In this document: piece after piece, positions 31,087 to 39,570 of the stretch
Layout: each line of letters opens with the position of its first letter
Numbering within the stretch: the stretch's first letter is position 1
From: Candidatus Babeliales bacterium
Lineage (GTDB): Bacteria; Babelota; Babeliae; Babelales; JACPOV01
Assembly (NCBI GenBank): GCA_050250855.1
Contig: JBFWNW010000001.1
Span: 64,001 to 128,000 of the forward strand
DNA: 64,000 nucleotides
Direction: 5' to 3'
Translations under genes and position numbers: made by a program
Notes under the pieces: generated by a model
Databases searched by the model: none
Seen by the model: only the letters and a program-made list of their open reading frames with translations
What the model was told of the DNA's origin: nothing

Positions 31087-32073
31087 GTGAAAAAATTATT
31101 TACGCTGTTGAGTTTTGCACTCATTATCCATGGAACAAGCTTTAGTTCGGAAAAAGATAATAACAACTTTTTTGGTGTTCCTGAAGGGGCTCCTTTTAAA
31201 CTAATAGATGAAGCACGTTCAAAGATGGAGATGAGAGACCTCAGCCCTGAAGAAAAAGAGGCAATGAAGGAAGCCTATGATATGGAGCTGCAGAAGCGAG
31301 GCTTTGATAAAGAGGGTTTGACACCGTTGATACGTGCTATAAAAAAAGAAAAAAATAAAATAAAAGTAGTAGCAAATTTTCTAGCAAATGGTGCCTCAGT
31401 CAATGCAGGAGATTTTCTAGATTTTACTCCTTTGCATTATGCTGCAGCTGAAGGTGATATAGAAATGATAAATATTTTAAGTAACTATAAGCCAAATGTT
31501 AATGCTCAAGGAGCTAATGGTAAAACGCCATTGCATTGGGCTAAGGATGGCAAAACGGTACAATGTCTTTTGAGTTTGGGGGCGCTTATTCTTAAAGATA
31601 ATGGTTTTATGACACCATTGTTTAGCAAAATTAGTTTGAATGAGACTGATGCGGCAAGAGAGCTTATTTTAAGTGGAAAAGAAGATGTTAATGCTATAGC
31701 AGGCCGTCATAGCCTTTTAACGCTAGCTGTACGTTTGGGAAATGAAGTAATTGTAAGAAGGCTTATTGACGCAGGAGCCAGCGTTAATAAGGCTAATAAC
31801 CATAAAGAAACTCCTTTATTTTGTGCTGTAGATGCATTTAGATATGAAAGCGGCTCTTGTAATCTTGTAAAACTCTTACTTTTTAATGGAGCAGATGTAA
31901 ATGGTGGTATTGTTAAAGGAACAACTCCCTTGCATCTTGCTGCACAGATCAAGAACGAAAATCTTTTCCAACTACTATGTAAAGCTGGCGCTGATACAAA
32001 TATTAAAGATGAAGACAACAAAACTCCTTCTGATTACTATCCGCCAATTTTTAGTAAAAAATTCATGTATTAA
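31087..32073 (+). CDS. Secreted ankyrin repeat protein (array copy 2)
   Basis: GTG start, same leader, TPLH repeats. Confidence 0.92.
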   Translation: MKKLFTLLSFALIIHGTSFSSEKDNNNFFGVPEGAPFKLIDEARSKMEMRDLSPEEKEAMKEAYDMELQKRGFDKEGLTPLIRAIKKEKNKIKVVANFLANGASVNAGDFLDFTPLHYAAAEGDIEMINILSNYKPNVNAQGANGKTPLHWAKDGKTVQCLLSLGALILKDNGFMTPLFSKISLNETDAARELILSGKEDVNAIAGRHSLLTLAVRLGNEVIVRRLIDAGASVNKANNHKETPLFCAVDAFRYESGSCNLVKLLLFNGADVNGGIVKGTTPLHLAAQIKNENLFQLLCKAGADTNIKDEDNKTPSDYYPPIFSKKFMY

Positions 32074-32091
32074 AAACTATGAGGAGTTTTC

Positions 32092-33051
32092 GTGAAAAAA
32101 ATATTTACGCTGTTGAGTTTTGCACTCATTATCCATGGAACAAGCTTTAGTTCGGAAAAAGATAGTAAAAACTTTTTTGGTGTTCCTGAAGCGGCTCCTT
32201 TTAAGCTAACAGATGAAGCATACGAGAAGAAGCTCGAGGAAGGATGGAAAAAGATAATAAAGGAAGCTTATAATAAGAAGCCGCAAAAGCAAGGTTTTGA
32301 TAAATATGGTTATACACCCTTGATACATGCTATAAGAGTAGAAAAAAATAAAACAAAAGTAGAAAAGCTGCTAGCAGAAGGTGCTTCAGTAAATGAAAGA
32401 GATATTCGAACTTTTACTCCTTTGCATTATGCTGCGCTTGAAGGTGATATAGAAATAATAAATATTTTAATTCAATGTAAGGCAAATCTTAATGCTCAAA
32501 CAGATAATGGCCAAACGCCATTGCATTGGGCTAAGGATGGCAAAACGGTAAAATGCCTTTTGAGTTTGGGGGCGCTTATTCTTAAAGATAATAATTTGGA
32601 GACACCATTGCTTTACGAGATTGGATCGCCATTGTTTGAAGAGGATGCAACTGATGCAGCAATAGAGCTCATTAAAAGTGGCAAAGAAGATCTTAATAAC
32701 GCTAGTTTTTTAGAATGTGCTATAGAACTACAAAATTTTAAAATTATAACGAGTCTTGTTCAAGCGGGAGCTAAGGTTAATATTGTTAGTAATAGCGGTT
32801 ATACCCCTTTACATACAGCTCTACATGAATTTGTTTTTAAAAGAGGCAACTTATCTATTGTACAATATTTACTTTCAAAGGGAGCGGATGTAAATGGTGG
32901 TATTACTAGAGGAACAACTCCTTTGCATTTGGCTGTGTATAGCAAGAATAAAGAGCTTTGTAAGCTATTGTGTAAAGCTGGTGCTGATATAACCATTAAA
33001 GATGAAGAGAATCGAACTCCTTTTGACCTTGCTCTTGAACATTGGAAATAA
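32092..33051 (+). CDS. Secreted ankyrin repeat protein (array copy 3)
   Basis: GTG start, same leader, TPLH repeats. Confidence 0.92.
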   Translation: MKKIFTLLSFALIIHGTSFSSEKDSKNFFGVPEAAPFKLTDEAYEKKLEEGWKKIIKEAYNKKPQKQGFDKYGYTPLIHAIRVEKNKTKVEKLLAEGASVNERDIRTFTPLHYAALEGDIEIINILIQCKANLNAQTDNGQTPLHWAKDGKTVKCLLSLGALILKDNNLETPLLYEIGSPLFEEDATDAAIELIKSGKEDLNNASFLECAIELQNFKIITSLVQAGAKVNIVSNSGYTPLHTALHEFVFKRGNLSIVQYLLSKGADVNGGITRGTTPLHLAVYSKNKELCKLLCKAGADITIKDEENRTPFDLALEHWK

Positions 33052-33116
33052 AAAAATAATGTATATACGAATCAGTAGTAAAAAATGAATGCATTAAAAA
33101 TTATTAGGGAGTTCTC

Positions 33117-34070
33117 GTGAAAAAAATGTTTACACTGTTGAGTTTTGCACTCATTATCCATGGAACAAGCTTTAGTTCGGAAAAAGATAGTAAAAACTTT
33201 TTTGGTGTTCCTGAAGGGGCTCCTTTTAAGCTAATATCTGAAGCATACGGGGAGAAGCTCGAGAAAGCGTTCAGTCCTGAAGAACGAGAGATAATAGATG
33301 AAGCTTATAATAAGGAGCTGCAAAAACGAGGTTTTGACGAATATGGTCTTACACCTTTAATGTATGCTATCAGAAAAGAAAAAAAGAAAATAAAAGTAGA
33401 AGAGTTGCTTGCAGAGGGTGCTTCAGTAAATGAAAGAGATATTCGAACTTTTACTCCTTTGCATCATGCTGCGATTGAAGGTGATACAGAAATAATAAAT
33501 ATTTTAATTCAATGTAAGGCAAATCTTAATGCTCAAACAGATGATGGCCAAACGCCATTGCATAAAGCTAAGGATGGCAAAACGGTAAAACATTTTTTGA
33601 GCTTGGGGGCGCTTATTCTTAAAGATAACAGTTGTATGACACCATTGCATCGAAAAATTCAGTCTACAAATATTGACGCAGCAAAAGAATTAATTTTAAG
33701 TGGCAAAGAAGATCTTGATGCTATTTCAGAATTTGGTAGCCCTTTGGAGCTGGCTATGAGTCAAGACAGCTTTGAAATTATGAAAATACTTATTCAGGCT
33801 GGAGCTAATGTTAATAAGTATAATCAATTTGGTACTCCTTTGCGGAGAGCTGTATTGCTGAGAAGTAGATTAACTATTGTGCAATATTTACTTTCACAAG
33901 GAGCAGATGTAAATGGGTGTATGGTTAGAGGATCAACTCCTTTGCATTTGGCTGTGTATTTAAAGAATAAAGAGCTTTGTGAACTATTATGTAAAGCTGG
34001 TGCTGATGTAACCATTAAAGATGAAGAGAATAGAACTCCTTTTGATCTTTTTCTTGAACATTGGCAATAA
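33117..34070 (+). CDS. Secreted ankyrin repeat protein (array copy 4)
   Basis: GTG start, same leader, TPLH repeats. Confidence 0.92.
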   Translation: MKKMFTLLSFALIIHGTSFSSEKDSKNFFGVPEGAPFKLISEAYGEKLEKAFSPEEREIIDEAYNKELQKRGFDEYGLTPLMYAIRKEKKKIKVEELLAEGASVNERDIRTFTPLHHAAIEGDTEIINILIQCKANLNAQTDDGQTPLHKAKDGKTVKHFLSLGALILKDNSCMTPLHRKIQSTNIDAAKELILSGKEDLDAISEFGSPLELAMSQDSFEIMKILIQAGANVNKYNQFGTPLRRAVLLRSRLTIVQYLLSQGADVNGCMVRGSTPLHLAVYLKNKELCELLCKAGADVTIKDEENRTPFDLFLEHWQ

Positions 34071-34079
34071 AAACAACGT

Positions 34080-34679
34080 ATGATGCACCAATCAGTAGAA
34101 TATGCGCAGTACAAAGCGCAACGAATAAAAGAGTTAATCCCTGAACTAAATCGGCAGGGGGTGACTATTCTTGATATTGGTTGCGCTGATGGCACCATGA
34201 CATTTTACTTACAAGAGCTTTTTTTTGAAAGTAAGGTCGTTGGTGTGGATCAAGATTTAGAAAAGCTTGCGCAAGCACAAAAAAAATTTCCTGCCATTAC
34301 GTTTCAAACGACTGATACAGTTTTAAAAAAAAGTTGGGATGCAATAATTATTGCTGATGTTCTGCATCACGTGCCATGCAAAGAACGTGCAAACGTAGTT
34401 CAGCAGTTTATGAGCTTAGTAAAACCGGGTGGTTTTTGTATAGTGCTCGAAATAAATCCCTGGCATTACGCTTCACGCCATGAATTTTATAACAATCCTG
34501 AAGAAAAAAATGCACAGATGCTTTCGCCATTTCAAGCATGGCGTTTAGTACGTAGGTATGGATCTTTTAGTTTTTATAGTTTTTCATTACCGTGGCCGCT
34601 GCATGGAGTAGAAACTTTTTTGTGCAAGGTGCCACTTGGCTCTTTGTATGTATTTAGAATAAAAAAGGGCGCCGATTAA
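34080..34679 (+). CDS. Class I SAM-dependent methyltransferase
   Basis: ILDIGCADG, GVD, VLHHV, KPGG. Confidence 0.85.
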   Translation: MMHQSVEYAQYKAQRIKELIPELNRQGVTILDIGCADGTMTFYLQELFFESKVVGVDQDLEKLAQAQKKFPAITFQTTDTVLKKSWDAIIIADVLHHVPCKERANVVQQFMSLVKPGGFCIVLEINPWHYASRHEFYNNPEEKNAQMLSPFQAWRLVRRYGSFSFYSFSLPWPLHGVETFLCKVPLGSLYVFRIKKGAD

Positions 34680-34688
34680 GCGCCCTTT
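34664..34688. terminator. Bidirectional terminator
   Basis: AAAGGGCGC-CGATTAA-GCGCCCTTT between convergent genes. Confidence 0.7.
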
Positions 34689-34701
34689 AAAATAGTTCTT
34701 T

Positions 34702-35121
34702 TTACTCTAAAAGTTTTTCTAACTTTTCACTTTCCGTGTTTTGTGTACTTATAGCTGCAGCAGCGCTTGCAGTATCTTGTGCTTTAACAGCGCGTGGAAT
34801 TCTGCGAGGTTTTTCTATAACCTGTTCATAAACAACAGGTTGTTGCTGTTCAACGACTACCGGTTGGTAATAACCGTCATAATAGCCGTTACCGACACCA
34901 AAGCCTAAGCCTGTGCCAAAACCAACACCAAAGCCCACACCAGGACCCCACCAGCCGCCACGTCTACCCCAGCCGCCGCCGCCCCAGCCGCCACGGCCAC
35001 GACCGCCGCCGCCAAAACCTCGGCCGCCGCCACCGCCTCGACCACCACGAGCTTCAAGCTCCAGGGTTTGTAAACCTATAAAACCTATAAATATGAGAGC
35101 AATTAATTTTTTTAACTTCAT
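34702..35121 (-). CDS. Secreted glycine-rich (RGG/GGW) low-complexity protein
   Basis: MKLKK signal ending LEA, then RGGRGGGGGRGF...; GAGG RBS. Confidence 0.7.
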   Translation of the reverse strand: MKLKKLIALIFIGFIGLQTLELEARGGRGGGGGRGFGGGGRGRGGWGGGGWGRRGGWWGPGVGFGVGFGTGLGFGVGNGYYDGYYQPVVVEQQQPVVYEQVIEKPRRIPRAVKAQDTASAAAAISTQNTESEKLEKLLE

Positions 35122-35305
35122 TATATTCTCCTCAAATAGTTCTTTTTTACAACTAATCATCTCTTACTATACGAAAAAATGGCCTTATTTAGCAATAAAT
35201 TTGAATTTTATTTTTATTATGCAATAAAGAGATAGGGGCATATTCTTGCCTTTTAGGGGTCGGCCCAGGTATACTCTAAAGAAAGTAATGTATAGGGGAT
35301 TTATC

Positions 35306-35743
35306 ATGAAACGTATAGTTGTTATGCTATCACTAGTCTTTGCACTCAATCTTGGTGCAGCCCAGGTCCAAAAAACGAATAGCGAGCATTATGAAAAGCT
35401 CAAAAAAGCTCTGGGGTATGATCCGGAAGTGGAAGCATTTGATGCTTTGCGTCGTTTAGTTTTTGAGCATGCAAAAGGTAAATTTGGTGTAGAATATTTA
35501 AAAAATAAAAAAGAGCTTCTTGTCTACATACATCCAAAAGGTGATACTGATACCAGCGGTGTTTTTGTAGATTTTAAAAATCAACATGGTATTGTTTTTA
35601 AATTTCCCGATGATCAAACAACTAAAAAACTGAACGATAAAAAAGTTTTAGAACTAATACAAAACTATATAGAAGAACTTTATAAGCCACAAAAACTTTC
35701 TGTTTTTGGTGATAGAGAACGCATAGAAGAGTTGCTTAAATAA
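35306..35743 (+). CDS. Secreted hypothetical protein (GYDPEV family)
   Basis: Signal peptide; paralogue of 36673-37425. Confidence 0.7.
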   Translation: MKRIVVMLSLVFALNLGAAQVQKTNSEHYEKLKKALGYDPEVEAFDALRRLVFEHAKGKFGVEYLKNKKELLVYIHPKGDTDTSGVFVDFKNQHGIVFKFPDDQTTKKLNDKKVLELIQNYIEELYKPQKLSVFGDRERIEELLK

Positions 35744-36431
35744 TAGTGCACCAGCTGCCTTGTTGCTGCTCTGGTGTGGGAGTTTCTTCAGTTTCTAGAT
35801 TAAATTTTTTATCATAAAGTTTCTTGAACGCCGTATAAGATTCTTTTTGTTGAATATCTGGGTCGTTTATAATTTTTTCCAACCACGTAGTAGTATTTTC
35901 ATCTGCCTTTGTGCAAAGCTCTAAAAGTTTTTCTGCTTGCTCAAGTTTACCTTGTTGCAGCGCGTATAAAAGGGGCGTTACGCCATGTTCATTAGGAAAA
36001 AGTTTGATATGGTCTAATCTAATAAGTTCTGAAAAGAAATAGTTATTTCCAGATGCCAATGCATCTTGTACTATTGAGCGGCAACGTGCTTGATCAAGAC
36101 GTACATTGATGGTGCATGAGCCTTGGTGATTCTCTATTTTAAATTCTGGATTTTTTATAATCTTATCAAAAATATCCTTATCATTTAAAATAATTGCCGC
36201 ACATAAAGGAGTAATGAGCCGCCCTAAAGCGGACTTAAGTTCAAAGGGTTTTTCACCATTAACTTGTCGATCATTGAGTAGATTCAAGATTTTTTGCTTA
36301 TTTTCAGGGTTATAGTTATTAAAAGCTTCATGCAGCTGTGGCGTTTTATCGCCATAATTTTCTATAAAGTACATCATGCTGTAATTGTATGAAATGGTAA
36401 GCAGCGCAAAAACTAGTATTCGTATTTTCAT
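35736..36431 (-). CDS. Secreted ankyrin-like protein with C-terminal CaaX-like motif (CTII)
   Basis: Signal; TPLCAAI, GVTPLLYA; ends GSWCTII; the longer ORF start lies inside a repeat. Confidence 0.7.
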   Translation of the reverse strand: MKIRILVFALLTISYNYSMMYFIENYGDKTPQLHEAFNNYNPENKQKILNLLNDRQVNGEKPFELKSALGRLITPLCAAIILNDKDIFDKIIKNPEFKIENHQGSCTINVRLDQARCRSIVQDALASGNNYFFSELIRLDHIKLFPNEHGVTPLLYALQQGKLEQAEKLLELCTKADENTTTWLEKIINDPDIQQKESYTAFKKLYDKKFNLETEETPTPEQQQGSWCTII

Positions 36432-36453
36432 AAAAATCCTTATTTTTATTGTT

Positions 36454-36547
36454 CCATTCGCACCCTTCGACAAGCTCAGGGCGAACGGAATAAAAAAATA
36501 GCTAGATTATGGCCGTTCGTGCTGAGCTCGTCGAAGCATTCGAACGG
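36454..36547. repeat. REP-like inverted dimer
   Basis: CCCTTCGACAAGCTCAGGGCGAACGG ... CCGTTCGTGCTGAGCTCGTCGAAGCATTCGAACGG. Confidence 0.9.
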
Positions 36548-36672
36548 TAGTGAATATCTTATGGATAAATTCTAAGATAAAAGCTAACAGGCTCATTCTA
36601 CATTTTTTTAGTGGTTTTTTGCAATATGTATGTGATACACTTAAAAAAAACTAAAATAAAAAAAGGATTTTA

Positions 36673-37425
36673 GTGAAGTGCTCGTATATGTACCTCATTT
36701 TTTTAGTAGGTCATCTGCATGCTGCCGAGCCAGAACAAGCATATAAAAATCTCGTGCATACCATTGGCTATGACCCTGAAGTACGTATGTTTCAGGCATT
36801 GCGGCGTGAGCATTTTGACCATACGAACGAAGATTTTGGCATCGATTATTTTAAAGAATCACCACTTACCTTATATGTGCATGGCGCGCAAGAAACGGGT
36901 GATTATGCGTATGAACATACGGTTGAAGGTATTTTTGGTAACGTGTGTACTTTTGATTTTTCTGTCTACAGCTCAACGCACGAATTTCTTCAATATAATC
37001 AAAAGCATGCATTGATTGTAGAAGCTATTGCACAGTATGTACAAGAGCTGTATCAACCAAAAAAGCTTTCGTTATGTACCACGTCTGATGAAGGTTTTAG
37101 TGTGCTTGCTTATATTGCCTTGCGCCCTAAGGTTAGCTTTAATAATATTATTATTAATTTGATAGATTCTGCAAAAGCAATGAATCAAAAAAGCATGCTA
37201 ATAAAAAAATGGCAAAAAGCGCGATTGCACCGTTTGCAGCGCATAAAAAATGAAAAAATGTTGAGCTTGTATGAACAAAATAAAAAACATGCAACGACTG
37301 GTCCTCAGTTGCCTCAGATTTTAAAATTTGCTCATCAAAAGCAACCTGCAAAGCAACCAGTCAAACAGCGTGAGAAGCAGAAGCCCATGCCATTTTATAT
37401 GAAGATTTTTGGTTTTGATTACTAA
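36673..37425 (+). CDS. Secreted hypothetical protein (GYDPEV family)
   Basis: GTG start with AAGGA RBS; shares GYDPEV..F.ALRR and ELY.P.KLS with 35306-35743. Confidence 0.7.
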   Translation: MKCSYMYLIFLVGHLHAAEPEQAYKNLVHTIGYDPEVRMFQALRREHFDHTNEDFGIDYFKESPLTLYVHGAQETGDYAYEHTVEGIFGNVCTFDFSVYSSTHEFLQYNQKHALIVEAIAQYVQELYQPKKLSLCTTSDEGFSVLAYIALRPKVSFNNIIINLIDSAKAMNQKSMLIKKWQKARLHRLQRIKNEKMLSLYEQNKKHATTGPQLPQILKFAHQKQPAKQPVKQREKQKPMPFYMKIFGFDY

Positions 37426-37427
37426 GC

Positions 37428-39251
37428 TTATTTCACCACCACATGGCTTATTACCTGGAACTTCCAATCCTTCGGGAACGTTTTTCCTATGGTCAGCATA
37501 CCGTAGGTGTCAAAATTGTAGTTAAGACCTTTACCGAAATTACTATCTGGTGAAACATTAAAGGTTGCCACAATGCCGGGCCAAATTTCATGATTTTGTG
37601 TCGCCTTGCTTTGCCATAATTTACCAACGCCTGGTGTTCTACCAAATTCATTACCATAAACAATTAAATTCATCATATCATTTAAATTATCATCGTGCTG
37701 GTGCGCGCGGAAAACGCCGATGACTTTTGAATTTTTTGACGAGCTATGGCCAAGAATATCTTTAGTGAAATTTTTGCCAAAGGTGTAAGCACCGCGCCGA
37801 GAATTGTTCCAAAATTCAAGATTATCTTGAACAATAAAATCATTCCACATAAAACCAAGAGTATGAGGATTCATTGGGCTTATTAGCGTTATATTTTTAA
37901 AATTAACATCATGGTCCTTATAGGAATCTTTATTAGGCATGCTAGCAAAATTATCTCCACGTTTTAATTCTGAAGGCAACCATTGATAAGCAATTGGTTC
38001 TATTTTTGAATCTAAGAGTGCTTGTGGTAAATAGCCAAGCTCCATGCCGCCATGGTTGCACTGCAGATAATCTGTTGGTGAACCGACATAAATTACAACG
38101 GGCATAAGTTCATAGATTTTAGCAATTTCTTTATTTACTAAATTTACTGGGATTTCAATATCTTTATTTTCAGTCCATTTAATTTTTTCTTTTATGTTTT
38201 TTTCAGGAAATTTTTTCTTGAGCTCATCCTGAAACCCATAGCGAGCCGTAATAGCAACGTCCTCATGATTACCACGGGCTAAAAATACTTTATCAGGATT
38301 TGCAATTTTTAAGCGCAGGAGGGTGTAAATAACTTCGGTGCCGTAATTGCCACGGTCCGTATAATCTCCTAAGAATACAATGTAAAAGTTGTCTTTTTTT
38401 ATAGTAAAACCATCATTTAAATAATTATTTTTTCTTAATTCTTCCAGATACTTAACTAAAGAATGCACATCGCCATGCAGATCGCCATGGAAAGCAACTT
38501 CTGTGCCTGGAGGTAATGAAAGTTTTTGTGCATAGGGTCTAAAGGTTGGGTTTGTAAAGAATTCATTACCAGGTTCATTGCCGCCAACCCAAAGTTTTTG
38601 TTGCAGTTGGGTTTGCATGACATCAATAAAGGCATTAACTGCTATTATTACTTCATCAGCGGTAAGCTTTGCCGGTTTATTGAATGCTTGGCCTTCTGTA
38701 CGATAATAGGGTAGTTCTTCTTCGCATGCTTTAAACCACTCGCTGAATTTTGGATAAGCAAAGACAACGGCTTGTTTTTCAGATTTAATTTTTTGCTGCT
38801 GCTGTTCTTGCTCTTTATGTTTACGTTCTTCTTCCTGCTGTTCCTTTTGTCTACGTTCTTTTTCTAAACGTTCTTGTTCTTCTTTTTGCTTGCGCTCCTG
38901 CTCTTGGCGCTGACGCTCTTGTTCTAAACGTTCTTGGTCTCTTTGTTTGCGCTCTTGCTCTTCTTTACGTTTTTGCTCTAGCTCTTGCTGTTCTCTGCGC
39001 TTACGCTCCTGCTCTTGGCGTTCTCGTTCTAAACGCTCTTGCTGTTCTTTTTGCCTGCGCTCTTGTTCCTGCCGTTCTTTTTCTTTCTGTGCAGATTGCT
39101 GTGTTTCAGGTAGCTTATCAAGCTGTGTTTGCAACCCTTCAAGTTGTTTTTGTAAATTAAAAAGGTCTTGCTGTAGTTGTTGGTCAGCCTGCAGCATGCT
39201 GGTACTAAAAATGATTGCGAGTAAAAAGCGTTTTATACCTATTGTTTTCAT
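37428..39251 (-). CDS. Secreted PPP-family Ser/Thr phosphatase with coiled-coil N-terminus
   Basis: GDLHG, GDYTDRG, RGNHE, HGG, WND, RG...FG, RAHQ; long E/Q/R/K-rich repeat segment. Confidence 0.85.
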   Translation of the reverse strand: MKTIGIKRFLLAIIFSTSMLQADQQLQQDLFNLQKQLEGLQTQLDKLPETQQSAQKEKERQEQERRQKEQQERLERERQEQERKRREQQELEQKRKEEQERKQRDQERLEQERQRQEQERKQKEEQERLEKERRQKEQQEEERKHKEQEQQQQKIKSEKQAVVFAYPKFSEWFKACEEELPYYRTEGQAFNKPAKLTADEVIIAVNAFIDVMQTQLQQKLWVGGNEPGNEFFTNPTFRPYAQKLSLPPGTEVAFHGDLHGDVHSLVKYLEELRKNNYLNDGFTIKKDNFYIVFLGDYTDRGNYGTEVIYTLLRLKIANPDKVFLARGNHEDVAITARYGFQDELKKKFPEKNIKEKIKWTENKDIEIPVNLVNKEIAKIYELMPVVIYVGSPTDYLQCNHGGMELGYLPQALLDSKIEPIAYQWLPSELKRGDNFASMPNKDSYKDHDVNFKNITLISPMNPHTLGFMWNDFIVQDNLEFWNNSRRGAYTFGKNFTKDILGHSSSKNSKVIGVFRAHQHDDNLNDMMNLIVYGNEFGRTPGVGKLWQSKATQNHEIWPGIVATFNVSPDSNFGKGLNYNFDTYGMLTIGKTFPKDWKFQVISHVVVK

Positions 39252-39274
39252 AAAAATCCTTTTTACTTGATAAT

Positions 39275-39464
39275 TAACGTAATCCGATCTAAGTTCAGTA
39301 TATTTTAAATTCTATATCTCGTTCGTGGTGAGGAGTCCGGCGTAGTTTAACGAAGCCTGGACATCTCGAACCATTCGAACTCAAATTTAAAAATTATATA
39401 TTTTTTAGGATTCCATTATGGTTCGAGACGCAAACTAAATAAGTTTGCTCCTCACCACGAACGG
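39275..39464. repeat. Empty (non-autonomous) copy of the GIY-YIG cassette
   Basis: Right end 39419-39464 identical to 29557-29602; left end 39320-39373; outer motif TAACGTAATCCGATCTAAG at 39275. Confidence 0.9.
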
Positions 39465-39570
39465 AATTTAAATATTCTTAATAATCGATTGATTCATTGG
39501 TTTATTGCTATAAAAATAGTATACGCATGCAGGTAAAATAGAAGTCAAGAAAATCAGGCAGTAAATTCTT

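Noticed and set aside
30056..34070. Diversity-generating retroelement acting on the ankyrin array
   Set aside because: No reverse transcriptase; differences are not adenine-specific and involve whole segments
34913..35227. Proline-rich ORF
   Set aside because: Antisense shadow of the Gly-rich gene, which has a signal peptide and RBS
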